Below are positions 43,601 through 51,791 of a stretch of DNA of 64,000 nt, one piece after another; position 1 is the stretch's first letter; the number at the start of each line of letters is the position of its first letter. Position numbers and translations under genes: made by a program. Under the pieces are notes generated by a model that saw only the letters and a program-made list of their open reading frames with translations, had not been told where the DNA came from and did not search any database. Origin of the DNA: an uncultured Bacteroidales bacterium (lineage in GTDB: Bacteria > Bacteroidota > Bacteroidia > Bacteroidales > UBA1402); the NCBI GenBank assembly GCA_964472175.1, contig CAYYJF010000002.1, positions 13,904 through 77,903 of the forward strand, read 5' to 3'.

Positions 43601-44857
43601 ATGGTACTTGAAATAAACATGTTGATTGTCACTTTGAGTGTTGTGGTTTTCCTGACCACAACCTTGATCCTGGTTGCCTTATTGTTGTTTATTAAGCAAA
43701 AACTGACACCAGGTGGCACGGTGCATATTTCCATCAATTCATCGAAAGATCTTGAAGTCGAGTCCGGTTCGACGGTTTTAACCGCCTTGAGCAACGAGAA
43801 AATATTTTTGCCATCTGCATGTGGCGGTGGTGGTAGTTGCGGAATGTGTAAATGTCAGGTTTTAGAAGGTGGAGGAGAGATTCTGCCAACCGAAGTCGGT
43901 TTTTTTTCACGCAAGCAAATTCAGGACCATTGGCGTTTGGGTTGTCAGGTTAAAATCAGGGAAAATATTTCATTGAAAGTGCCGGAAGAAATTTTAGGCA
44001 TTCAAAAGTGGGAGTGTGAAGTGGTTTCCAACAGAAACGTAGCTTCATTTATCAAAGAATTTGTGGTAAAACTCCCTGAAGGTGAGACGCTTAATTTTAA
44101 ATCAGGTAGTTATATTCAAATTGATGTCCCAAAAATTGAAGTGAATTTTGAAGATTTTGATATTGATGAGCGATATAAATCAGAATGGGATAAATTCAAA
44201 CTTTGGGGATTGAAAATGGTGAATCCGGAACCAACATACAGGGCATATTCCATGGCGAATCACCCTGCTGAAGGCAATATCGTCATGTTGAACATTCGTA
44301 TTGCGACCCCACCGTTTAATCGAGCAAAAGGAGCTTGGGAAGAAGTGAATCCCGGCATTTGCTCCTCCTATATTTTCAGCAGAAAGCCAGGTGATAAAGT
44401 CTTCATTTCGGGTCCATTCGGAGATTTTCACATCCAGGAGACCCAGCGTGAAATGCTTTATATTGGTGGTGGAGCAGGAATGGCTCCGTTGAGATCACAT
44501 TTGTTACATTTGTTTCAGACCTTAAAAACCACGGATAGAAAAATATCGTATTGGTACGGCGCCCGTTCAAAGAATGAAATTTTCTATGAAGCTGATTTTA
44601 GGGCGATTGAGAAGGCTTTTCCCAATTTTTCATTTCACATCGCATTGAGTGAACCCTTGCCCGAAGATCATTGGGATGGTCCTGTCGGATTTATCCATCA
44701 AGTGATTTTGGATCAATATTTATATTCTCACGAAGCACCTGAGGACATCGAGTATTACATGTGCGGCCCTGGTCCCATGGCCAATGCCGTTAAGCAGATG
44801 CTTGATGCGTTGGGTGTGCCAAAAGAAATGTTGATGTTTGATGATTTTGGCGCATAA
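43601..44857 (+). CDS. nqrF: Na+-NQR subunit F
   Basis: N-terminal TM helix, 2Fe-2S ferredoxin motif SACGGGGSCGMCKC, FAD/NAD-binding motifs RAYSMAN and GGGAGMAP. The ATG at 43619 is an alternative start. Confidence 0.92.
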   Translation: MVLEINMLIVTLSVVVFLTTTLILVALLLFIKQKLTPGGTVHISINSSKDLEVESGSTVLTALSNEKIFLPSACGGGGSCGMCKCQVLEGGGEILPTEVGFFSRKQIQDHWRLGCQVKIRENISLKVPEEILGIQKWECEVVSNRNVASFIKEFVVKLPEGETLNFKSGSYIQIDVPKIEVNFEDFDIDERYKSEWDKFKLWGLKMVNPEPTYRAYSMANHPAEGNIVMLNIRIATPPFNRAKGAWEEVNPGICSSYIFSRKPGDKVFISGPFGDFHIQETQREMLYIGGGAGMAPLRSHLLHLFQTLKTTDRKISYWYGARSKNEIFYEADFRAIEKAFPNFSFHIALSEPLPEDHWDGPVGFIHQVILDQYLYSHEAPEDIEYYMCGPGPMANAVKQMLDALGVPKEMLMFDDFGA

Positions 44858-44862
44858 TCAAT

Positions 44863-44900
44863 TATATTTGTATGTATTTTTGATTTTTTAAGTATTTTTG
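44863..44900 (+). promoter_or_regulatory. Cluster of three -7-like boxes upstream of the small OMP gene
   Basis: TATATTTG (44863-70), TATTTTTG (44875-82) and TATTTTTG (44893-900) fall within 38 nt. The last one is 78 nt upstream of the ATG at 44978. Confidence 0.3.
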
Positions 44901-44977
44901 CGTTGGAAAATTCAAAATAATTTTTCTTTCAGTTATTTAGATTCCTGAGTTTCAAACTGATACTTAAATTTATAAGA

Positions 44978-45601
44978 ATGAAAACAAAAACTATTGCCTG
45001 CTTTTTTTTGGCATTCTCTTTTGCTTTTACTACCTATGCTCAAAATGTATCAATTGTTGAATCAAATTCTACCAGTTCAACGACTTATTCAAGTTACAAG
45101 GTGAAAAAACCCAAATTTTGGGTTGGACCAAAATTTGGAACAGATTTTATAGGAGTACCTTCCGGTAGTGATGATATCAAGAATGGATTAAAAGAACAGT
45201 GGCAGGCTGGGTTATTGATGCAATTTGGTCGTACGATATATATTCAACCAGAATGTTATTATTCAGTTGATAATGTATTGGACGCATCACAGGAAATTCT
45301 TTCATCAACAGCTTCAATCAAGGTGCCTGCTTTATTGGGTCTTCGCTTCCTGAATTTGGGTTTGTTTAGTTTGCATATCATGGGTGGTCCTGAGTTTGTG
45401 ATACCCGTTAAAGACGATCAAAATGATTTACGAAAAACAACGAGACATTTTGTTGTTGGCGCCGGTATTGACGTTTTGGGATTCATTACTGCTGATATCC
45501 GATATTTGTATGATACAAGCATCCAACTCAATGACCACATCAATAGTTTTGACTTGCAAACCACGCCTTTGAATTTAACGGTAGGCTTGAAACTTAGATA
45601 A
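44978..45601 (+). CDS. Small outer-membrane beta-barrel protein (porin-family/OMP_b-brl-like)
   Basis: 207 aa. Signal peptide MKTKTIACFFLAFSFAFTTYAQ and alternating hydrophobic beta-strand patterns through to the C-terminus. Confidence 0.7.
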   Translation: MKTKTIACFFLAFSFAFTTYAQNVSIVESNSTSSTTYSSYKVKKPKFWVGPKFGTDFIGVPSGSDDIKNGLKEQWQAGLLMQFGRTIYIQPECYYSVDNVLDASQEILSSTASIKVPALLGLRFLNLGLFSLHIMGGPEFVIPVKDDQNDLRKTTRHFVVGAGIDVLGFITADIRYLYDTSIQLNDHINSFDLQTTPLNLTVGLKLR

Positions 45602-45617
45602 TTATTATTACACATAT

Positions 45618-45665
45618 AAAAATCGGGTATCAATAAAGGTTTACTTTATGATACCCGATTTTTTT
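45618..45665. terminator. Bidirectional rho-independent terminator (OMP gene / tRNA-Lys)
   Basis: 11-bp stem ATCGGGTATCA/TGATACCCGAT flanked by A4 on the left and T6 on the right, so it can serve both convergent transcripts. Confidence 0.7.
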
Positions 45666-45666
45666 G

Positions 45667-45739
45667 TGACCCGGGAGAGGCTCGAACTCTCGACCCAATG
45701 ATTAAGAGTCATTTGCTCTACCAACTGAGCTACCGAGTC
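45667..45739 (-). tRNA. tRNA-Lys (anticodon CTT)
   Basis: I folded this 73-nt sequence by hand. Acceptor GACTCGG/CCGGGTC, D-arm GCTC-AGTTGGTA-GAGC, anticodon arm AATGA-CTCTTAA-TCATT, T-arm GAGAG-TTCGAGC-CTCTC, discriminator A. Confidence 0.9.
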
Positions 45740-45753
45740 ATTTTGAACGGCTG

Positions 45754-45761
45754 CAAAGGTA
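45754..45761 (-). promoter_or_regulatory. Candidate -7 promoter box for tRNA-Lys
   Basis: Minus strand reads TACCTTTG, 15 nt upstream of the tRNA 5' end. Confidence 0.45.
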
Positions 45762-45804
45762 CGTTTTTTACATTTTATAATCAAAATATTTTCTCCAACA
45801 TTTT

Positions 45805-47949
45805 TCAGGTATTCTCACTTTGTTCAAGTGATTTCATTGACAACTGGATCCGTTTTCTCTCCAAGTCAATACCAATGATTTTTACTTGAACATGTTGATG
45901 CAGGCTCACAACTTGATTTGGATCTGAAACAAAATGATCGGCCAATTGGGATATGTGCACCAATCCGTTTTCTTTGATGCCAAAATCAACAAAGCAACCG
46001 AAAGCAGTCAGGTTGGTCACAATTCCAGGCAAAACCATGCCCATAGTTAAATCCTGGATGGTTTTGATGTTTGGATTGAAAGAAAAAACTTCAATTTTGG
46101 ACCTTGGGTCAAGACCTGGCTTTTCCAATTCCGATAATATGTCTTTTAATGTGGGAAGACCAATCTCTTTTGAACAATAACGCTCCAATTGTATTTTGGA
46201 TCTGATTTCTGCTGACTGAATGAGCTCTAAAATCGTGCAATTCATGTCTTTTGCCATTTTTTCAACCAATTCATAGCGTTCAGGATGGACTGCAGTGTTG
46301 TCCAGTGGATTTTCGGGCGATTTTATCCTTAAAAAGCCTGCCGCCTGTTCATAGGCTTTGGCCCCCAGTCGAGGCACTTGCAACAGCTCTTTTCTTGATT
46401 TGAAAGAGCCATTGGCATTTCGATGCTCCACGATATTTTTGGCAATGGTTTCTGACAATCCGGAAACGTAGGTCAAAAGGTATTTACTGGCAGTGTTGAC
46501 ATTGATTCCGACCTGATTCACACAAGAAACCACCGTGTTGTCCAACATTTTTTTTAATTTGCTTTGGTCAACATCGTGTTGATACTGTCCTACACCGATC
46601 GATTTTGGGTCAATTTTTACAAGTTCTGCCAATGGATCCATAAGTCTGCGTCCGATGGAGACAGATCCTCTGACAGTTACATCATATTCAGGAAATTCCT
46701 CTCTGGCAACTTTCGAGGCTGAGTAAATGGATGCTCCGTTTTCACTGACAACAAACACTTGGATATTTTTTGGAAAACGCATTTGTTGAATAAATTGTTC
46801 AGTTTCTCTGGATGCTGTCCCGTTTCCAATGGCAATCGCTTGAATGTCATAGCTTTCAACCAAATTGGAGATCTTTTTCATCGATTGAGAAACCTCTTTT
46901 TGAGGTGCATGTGGATAGATGGTTTCGTTGTGCATCAATTGCCCGTTCTGATCCAGACAAACCACTTTACAGCCAGTTCTGAAGCCAGGGTCAATTGCCA
47001 ATACTTTTTTTTGTCCCAGTGGTGCGGAAAGCAACAATTGGCGAAGATTTTCTGAAAATACCTGAATCGCTATTTCATCCGATGTTTCTTTGAAAACGGA
47101 GATGACCTCGGTTATAATAGAAGGTTTGAGCAGTCTTTTGTATCCATCCACAATGGCCTCCTGAAGCAATTGAGAAGTTTTATGATGATTCTTAACAAAT
47201 AACTGTGTGAAATGATCGCAGGCTTGCTGATCATCAATTTCTAATTGAACCTTCAAAATGCCTTCCTTTTCACCGCGCATAACTGCCAAAAAACGATGTG
47301 AAGAACATTTTTTGATGGCTACCGTGAAATCGAAATAATCCTGATATTTTATTCCTTCAGTATCTTTGCCTTTTATAACGGTTGAACTCAAAACGCCTGT
47401 ATGCATGAATTGCTTTCTGAGGTAAGCTCTGACTTTTTGGTTTTCACTGATCCATTCCGCAACAATGTCTTTGGCGCCTTTCAAAGCGTCCTCGATGCTC
47501 AATACGGTATCATTGAGGTGTTTTTTGGCAGCGTCTTCGATTCTTTCAGGCGATTCATGGTATATTTTTATGGCCAAAGGCTCCAATCCATTGATTCTGG
47601 CTGTTTCTGCGCGCGTATTCCGTTTAACCTTATAGGGTAGATACAAGTCTTCCAGTTCATTCTTGTCGTTGCATTGTTCAATTTGCAACTTTAATGCATC
47701 GGTCAGTTTGCCTTGTTGTTTGATGGTTTCAAGAATGCTGATGCGTCTTTTATCCAGTTCTTTGATTTTTTGTTCCAATTCAGCAATTTGCTCAATTTGA
47801 ACCTCATTCAAACTGCCTGTTAGCTCTTTTCTGTATCGACTGATAAATGGAATGGTCGCTCCATCTTCAAAAAGCTTGATGGTGTTGAGAACACCTTTGA
47901 ATGGAATATTGAGTTGATTGGAAATGTATGAAATCTGTGGTTCTGTCAT
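45805..47949 (-). CDS. tex: Tex-like transcription accessory protein (YqgF/HhH/S1 domains)
   Basis: About 714 aa from MTEPQISYISNQLNIP. Typical Tex N-terminus (TIPFISRYRKE), YqgF-like core and a C-terminal S1 domain (GIVTNLTAFGCFVDFG...GLVHISQL). Confidence 0.9.
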   Translation of the reverse strand: MTEPQISYISNQLNIPFKGVLNTIKLFEDGATIPFISRYRKELTGSLNEVQIEQIAELEQKIKELDKRRISILETIKQQGKLTDALKLQIEQCNDKNELEDLYLPYKVKRNTRAETARINGLEPLAIKIYHESPERIEDAAKKHLNDTVLSIEDALKGAKDIVAEWISENQKVRAYLRKQFMHTGVLSSTVIKGKDTEGIKYQDYFDFTVAIKKCSSHRFLAVMRGEKEGILKVQLEIDDQQACDHFTQLFVKNHHKTSQLLQEAIVDGYKRLLKPSIITEVISVFKETSDEIAIQVFSENLRQLLLSAPLGQKKVLAIDPGFRTGCKVVCLDQNGQLMHNETIYPHAPQKEVSQSMKKISNLVESYDIQAIAIGNGTASRETEQFIQQMRFPKNIQVFVVSENGASIYSASKVAREEFPEYDVTVRGSVSIGRRLMDPLAELVKIDPKSIGVGQYQHDVDQSKLKKMLDNTVVSCVNQVGINVNTASKYLLTYVSGLSETIAKNIVEHRNANGSFKSRKELLQVPRLGAKAYEQAAGFLRIKSPENPLDNTAVHPERYELVEKMAKDMNCTILELIQSAEIRSKIQLERYCSKEIGLPTLKDILSELEKPGLDPRSKIEVFSFNPNIKTIQDLTMGMVLPGIVTNLTAFGCFVDFGIKENGLVHISQLADHFVSDPNQVVSLHQHVQVKIIGIDLERKRIQLSMKSLEQSENT

Positions 47950-47989
47950 GCTACATGATGTGAGTAAACGAAGGTACAAAAAAATGGTG

Positions 47990-47997
47990 TATCTTTG
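47990..47997 (+). promoter_or_regulatory. Candidate -7 promoter box for the pseudouridine synthase gene
   Basis: TATCTTTG. The ORF-track TTG start at 47995 is inside the box, and the ATG at 48004 begins only 7 nt after it. Confidence 0.4.
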
Positions 47998-48003
47998 CAG
48001 TCT

Positions 48004-48921
48004 ATGAATGAGAAATCAAAAGATAAGAAAACCCAATTTAGCGTTGAAGAATCCACCTTGCTATTGGATTTTTTAATTGGGAAATTTACGGACAAAAGTC
48101 GTACAACCATCAAGTCTTTATTGAAAAATAAGCAAGTTTTGATTGGCAATCAGCCGGTTACAAAGTTTGATTATGCTTTGAATCCAGGCGATACCATTGT
48201 CATCAGATGGGGTAAAGGTGTGGTGACGTTGAAAGATCCGCAACTCAGTATTGTGTTTGAAGATGAGGATTTTATCGTTGTCGAGAAGGCCGCCGGATTG
48301 CTTTCAATCGCTACTCAAAAAGAAAAAATGCGTACGGCATACAGTATTCTGAGTACCTATTTAAAAAAGACGAATCCCAAAAACCGCATTTTTGTCATTC
48401 ATAGATTGGATAGAGAAACCTCAGGTTTGATGGTTTTTGCAAAGAATGAAGCCATCCAAGCCGCCATGCAAAACAATTGGAAATTTGCGGTTCAACAAAG
48501 GAGCTATATTGCTGTTGTTGAAGGGGTTCTGCAAACCGGAGACGGCACAGGGGTAGGGGTTATTAAATCATACTTATGGGAAAGTAAGTCCTTGATTGTT
48601 TATTCCAGTCCCAATCCTGACGATGGACAATTGGCAGTGACCAGATATGAAGTTTTGAAAACGGGTGATAAATACACCCTGGTTCGTCTTCAACTTGAAA
48701 CAGGTAGAAAAAATCAGATTCGGGTGCACATGAACAGTATTGGACACCCATTGGCAGGAGATATGAAGTATGGCGGACACGCATGCGCTTTAAAAAGGCT
48801 TTGTCTGCACGCAGATAAGCTATCATTTACGCATCCAAGAACAGGTGAACGTTTGGATTTTAGTTCACCTGCACCGGTTGGTTTTTCAAAATTGACGTAC
48901 GAAAAAGCGGTTAAATCTTAA
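48004..48921 (+). CDS. RluA-family 23S rRNA pseudouridine synthase with an N-terminal S4 domain
   Basis: Catalytic motif HRLDRETSGLMVFAKN, plus the S4-like N-terminus and the NQIRVH motif. Confidence 0.85.
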   Translation: MNEKSKDKKTQFSVEESTLLLDFLIGKFTDKSRTTIKSLLKNKQVLIGNQPVTKFDYALNPGDTIVIRWGKGVVTLKDPQLSIVFEDEDFIVVEKAAGLLSIATQKEKMRTAYSILSTYLKKTNPKNRIFVIHRLDRETSGLMVFAKNEAIQAAMQNNWKFAVQQRSYIAVVEGVLQTGDGTGVGVIKSYLWESKSLIVYSSPNPDDGQLAVTRYEVLKTGDKYTLVRLQLETGRKNQIRVHMNSIGHPLAGDMKYGGHACALKRLCLHADKLSFTHPRTGERLDFSSPAPVGFSKLTYEKAVKS

Positions 48922-48926
48922 AAACC

Positions 48927-50108
48927 TTATTTGGCCATCTGATAGATTTGTACCATATCCTCCATCTGAAGCTTTTTAAAATTTCCAATTCTTTTTAGGC
49001 CGTTGTTGCTACATTTGGCTGCCATTTCCTGTATCTCGGCCTCTGTGATGTCTTTTCCAATGAGTTCTTTGATGGAAGTTGGCATGCCAATGGCCTTGTA
49101 AAAGCGTTCCATGGCTTCGATGCCTTTGATGGCGGTGGCTTCAGTCGATAAGAAATCATTGTTGACACCCATCACCTGTACGGCAAATCTGGCAAATCTG
49201 GATGGGTTTTCCATGTAAACATATCTGGCCCAACTTCCCCAAATGGCAGCAAGACCTGCGCCATGCGCGACATCGAACAATCCGCTTAATTCGTGTTCCA
49301 ACATGTGGGTTGACCAATCGCCAATGGTGCCACATCCGGTCAAATCATTGTGAGCCAAACTTCCAGCCCACATGATTTGTGCTCTGTGAATATATCCGGT
49401 AGGATTTTTTAGAACCTCAAATATGCTTTCTTTGATGCTTCTCAAAATGCTTTCAGAAATCCCGTCGGTGACAGACATGTCATTTTCATGCGAGAAATAT
49501 CTTTCCATGGTATGCATCATCATATCGGTTGCACCACACACCGTTTGAAAATCGGGAAGGGTATAGGTGCGTTCCGGATTCATGATGGAAAACTTACACC
49601 TGAGCAAAGGATGTCCGTAGTCTTTTTTCAGAAGGCCGTTTTCATTTGTGATGACAAGGCTGTCACTCATCTCACTGCCGGCTGCTGGGATGGTTAAAAT
49701 GCAGCCCAGAGGCAAGAATCTGCTGCCTTCTGCTTTCCGTAAAAAGAAATCCCAAACATCTCCCGAATAATAGAACCCGGATGAAATCGCTTTTGAAGAA
49801 TCGATGACACTGCCTCCACCAATGGCCAGGATAAAGTCGACCTGTTCTTTTCTGCAAAGTTCAATACCTTCATGGACTTTAGAAAGTCTGGGATTGGGAA
49901 CAACTCCGCCCAACAAAACGTAATCAATGTTCTCAGCTTTCAGTATGTTGCATACCTTATCCAATAAGCCTGACTTTTGCACGCTTTGGCTTCCGTAATG
50001 GATCAAAACTTTGTTGGCACCATATTTTTTGAGCAGTGTAGCTACTTCATTCTCAGCGTCTTTTCCAAATACGACCTCGGTTGGGACATGATAAGTAAAA
50101 TCTTTCAT
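48927..50108 (-). CDS. Iron-containing (group III) alcohol dehydrogenase, butanol dehydrogenase/YqhD-like
   Basis: About 393 aa from MKDFTYHVPTEVVFG. GGGSVIDSSKA and histidine-rich metal-site segments. The ORF-track start at 50147 was trimmed to the ATG at 50108. Confidence 0.88.
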   Translation of the reverse strand: MKDFTYHVPTEVVFGKDAENEVATLLKKYGANKVLIHYGSQSVQKSGLLDKVCNILKAENIDYVLLGGVVPNPRLSKVHEGIELCRKEQVDFILAIGGGSVIDSSKAISSGFYYSGDVWDFFLRKAEGSRFLPLGCILTIPAAGSEMSDSLVITNENGLLKKDYGHPLLRCKFSIMNPERTYTLPDFQTVCGATDMMMHTMERYFSHENDMSVTDGISESILRSIKESIFEVLKNPTGYIHRAQIMWAGSLAHNDLTGCGTIGDWSTHMLEHELSGLFDVAHGAGLAAIWGSWARYVYMENPSRFARFAVQVMGVNNDFLSTEATAIKGIEAMERFYKAIGMPTSIKELIGKDITEAEIQEMAAKCSNNGLKRIGNFKKLQMEDMVQIYQMAK

Positions 50109-50136
50109 TGTCAATGCATTTTTTTGTTCAATAACA

Positions 50137-50144
50137 CAAATATA
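50137..50144 (-). promoter_or_regulatory. Candidate -7 promoter box for the alcohol dehydrogenase gene
   Basis: Minus strand reads TATATTTG, 29 nt upstream of the ATG at 50108. Confidence 0.4.
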
Positions 50145-50162
50145 CACAATTCTACAGGCGAT

Positions 50163-50199
50163 AAAAAAAAGTGTTCCAAAGATAAACTTTGAAACACTT
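50163..50199 (-). terminator. Rho-independent terminator of the tRNA-Gly/Leu/Leu operon
   Basis: Minus strand reads AAGTGTTTCAAAG-TTTAT-CTTTGGAACACTT (13-bp stem, one mismatch) followed by T8. It begins 13 nt after the tRNA-Leu(CAG) 3' end. Confidence 0.6.
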
Positions 50200-50211
50200 C
50201 GCTAATTATTG

Positions 50212-50295
50212 TGCCCAAAACAGGACTCGAACCTGCACAGCCTTGCGGCCACTAGTCCCTGAAACTAGCGTGTCTACCGATTTCACCATCTGGGC
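50212..50295 (-). tRNA. tRNA-Leu (anticodon CAG)
   Basis: I folded this 84-nt sequence by hand. Acceptor GCCCAGA/TTTGGGC, anticodon arm CTAGT-TTCAGGG-ACTAG, long variable arm, T-arm GCAGG-TTCGAGT-CCTGT, discriminator A. Confidence 0.9.
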
Positions 50296-50321
50296 ATAAA
50301 TAAGTAAGGAAAAGCGGAAAG

Positions 50322-50406
50322 TGCTCAGGATGAGACTCGAACTCACACGGGCGATCCGCCCACCACCCCCTCAAAGTGGCGTGTCTACCAATTTCACCAC
50401 CTGAGC
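50322..50406 (-). tRNA. tRNA-Leu (anticodon GAG)
   Basis: I folded this 85-nt sequence by hand. Acceptor GCTCAGG/CCTGAGC, anticodon arm CCACT-TTGAGGG-GGTGG, long variable arm, T-arm GTGAG-TTCGAGT-CTCAT, discriminator A. Confidence 0.9.
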
Positions 50407-50417
50407 GACTCTTAACT

Positions 50418-50438
50418 AAAAAGGCGACCTCTGTCGCC
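50418..50438 (-). terminator. Terminator-like GC hairpin plus T5 in the spacer between tRNA-Gly and tRNA-Leu(GAG)
   Basis: Minus strand reads GGCGAC-AGAG-GTCGCC followed by TTTTT. It lies inside a presumed single tRNA transcription unit. Confidence 0.35.
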
Positions 50439-50443
50439 CCTAG

Positions 50444-50516
50444 AGCGAAAAACGGGACTCGAACCCGCGACCCTAACCTTGGCAAGGTTATGCTCTACCA
50501 ACTGAGCTATTTTCGC
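50444..50516 (-). tRNA. tRNA-Gly (anticodon GCC)
   Basis: I folded this 73-nt sequence by hand. Acceptor GCGAAAA/TTTTCGC, D-arm GCTC-AGTTGGTA-GAGC, anticodon arm TAACC-TTGCCAA-GGTTA, T-arm GCGGG-TTCGAGT-CCCGT, discriminator U. Confidence 0.9.
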
Positions 50517-50580
50517 ATTTATTAAACATCAACCATCCCTTTCGGGTTTGACTACCACTTGTAGTGCGTGATTGCGGGGA

Positions 50581-50610
50581 CAAAAGTACGGGAAAAATTG
50601 AAATGTGCAA
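50581..50610 (-). promoter_or_regulatory. Full Bacteroidota-type promoter (TTG-N19-TACTTTTG) for the tRNA-Gly/Leu/Leu operon
   Basis: Minus strand reads TTG (50610-50608), then a 19-nt spacer, then TACTTTTG (50588-50581). It lies 65 nt upstream of the tRNA-Gly 5' end. Confidence 0.5.
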
Positions 50611-50642
50611 AAAAAACAGGTGATTTTTTTTACAAAAATGCC

Positions 50643-51785
50643 TTAATCCATTCGGCTTTTATAGTCTTCGTACGTGAAAGTTCTCCAAATCAAGTTGTTG
50701 CCATTTATGTCACGAAACACAATGGATGGGTGAGAAATGCCGTTGAACAAGGTCGTTTTGACAACTGTGTAATGAATCATATCCTCAAAGATGATTTGAT
50801 CGCCGATTTTTAAGGGTTCGTCAAAACTCCATCCATCAAGATAGTCTCCAGACAAACAACTGTTGCCGCCCAATCTGTAGGTCGGTTTTCCAAGAGTGAT
50901 GTCATAACCTCCTACAATTTTTGGTTTGTAGGGCATTTCAAGGCAATCGGGCATATGGCAGGCGAAGGAAACATCCAGAATGGCCGTTTTGATCGAGTTG
51001 TTTTCAACAATATCAACAACGGTCGAAACCAACCATCCGGTTTGCCAGGTAAAGGCGCTCCCCGGTTCCATGATTAAATGCAGGTTGGGAAATTCCGATT
51101 TGAACGCCTTTAATACGTGAACCAAATGATCTACATTATACCCCTTTCGCGTCATCAAATGACCACCACCCATATTCAGCCATTTTAGATGCGGCAGATA
51201 GTGGCCAAAGCGTTTTCTGACCACGTCGAGTGTGCGTTCCAGATCAAAAGAATTGGATTCACATAAGGTGTGAAAATGAAAACCTTCGATTCCATCGGGT
51301 AAAACGTCAGGTAGTTTATCCTGCGTTATGCCCATTCTTGAACCCGGCGCACAGGGGTTGTACAAATCGGTTTCAACCGATGCATATTCCGGGTTGATGC
51401 GTATCCCACAAGAAATGGGGTGCTTGGATTGCGTTTGAATGTGAGGATAGAATCGATGAAACTGGCTCAGGGAGTTGAAGGTAATATGACTGCTGTAATC
51501 CATGAATTCACCGATGTTTTCTTCTGTATAGGCAGGAGAATAACTGTGGGTCAAATTTCCCATCTCTTCAAATCCCAATCGGGCTTCTGAGGTGGAACTC
51601 GCCGTAGAACCATGGATGTATTCTTTAAAAATGGGGAAGGACTTCCACATCGCATATGCTTTGAATGCCAGAATGATTTCGACACCGGCATCTTTGCTGA
51701 CTTGTTGAATTAAACTCAGGTTTCTTCTAAGTTTGGTTTCATCCAGTACATAAGAAGGAGAAGGAATATCTTTAAATGAAATCAT
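50643..51785 (-). CDS. nspC: Carboxynorspermidine/carboxyspermidine decarboxylase
   Basis: 380 aa. The N-terminus MISFKDIPSPSYVLDETKLRRNL and a PLP-dependent alanine-racemase-fold decarboxylase pattern (ILAFKAY..., NMGGGH, GNSCLSGD). Confidence 0.88.
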   Translation of the reverse strand: MISFKDIPSPSYVLDETKLRRNLSLIQQVSKDAGVEIILAFKAYAMWKSFPIFKEYIHGSTASSTSEARLGFEEMGNLTHSYSPAYTEENIGEFMDYSSHITFNSLSQFHRFYPHIQTQSKHPISCGIRINPEYASVETDLYNPCAPGSRMGITQDKLPDVLPDGIEGFHFHTLCESNSFDLERTLDVVRKRFGHYLPHLKWLNMGGGHLMTRKGYNVDHLVHVLKAFKSEFPNLHLIMEPGSAFTWQTGWLVSTVVDIVENNSIKTAILDVSFACHMPDCLEMPYKPKIVGGYDITLGKPTYRLGGNSCLSGDYLDGWSFDEPLKIGDQIIFEDMIHYTVVKTTLFNGISHPSIVFRDINGNNLIWRTFTYEDYKSRMD

Positions 51786-51791
51786 AAGGGA

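Noticed and set aside
43601-43618. Alternative nqrF start at the ATG at 43619, which would give an N-terminal helix of the same length as the Vibrio NqrF I recall.
   Set aside because: This is not resolvable from the sequence alone. I kept the upstream ATG (43601, 13 nt after nqrE) and flagged the alternative in the feature note.
38974-44857. Absence of apbE/nqrM-type maturation genes next to the nqrABCDEF operon, considered as a possible anomaly.
   Set aside because: Flavin-transferase and maturation genes are often unlinked from nqr outside Vibrio-like genomes. Absence from a 64-kb window says nothing about the rest of the genome.
50252-50485. 77-aa ORF on the minus strand.
   Set aside because: It runs straight through tRNA-Leu(CAG), tRNA-Leu(GAG) and tRNA-Gly, whose cloverleaves fold cleanly. 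The ORF is a by-product of the GC-rich tRNA sequence.
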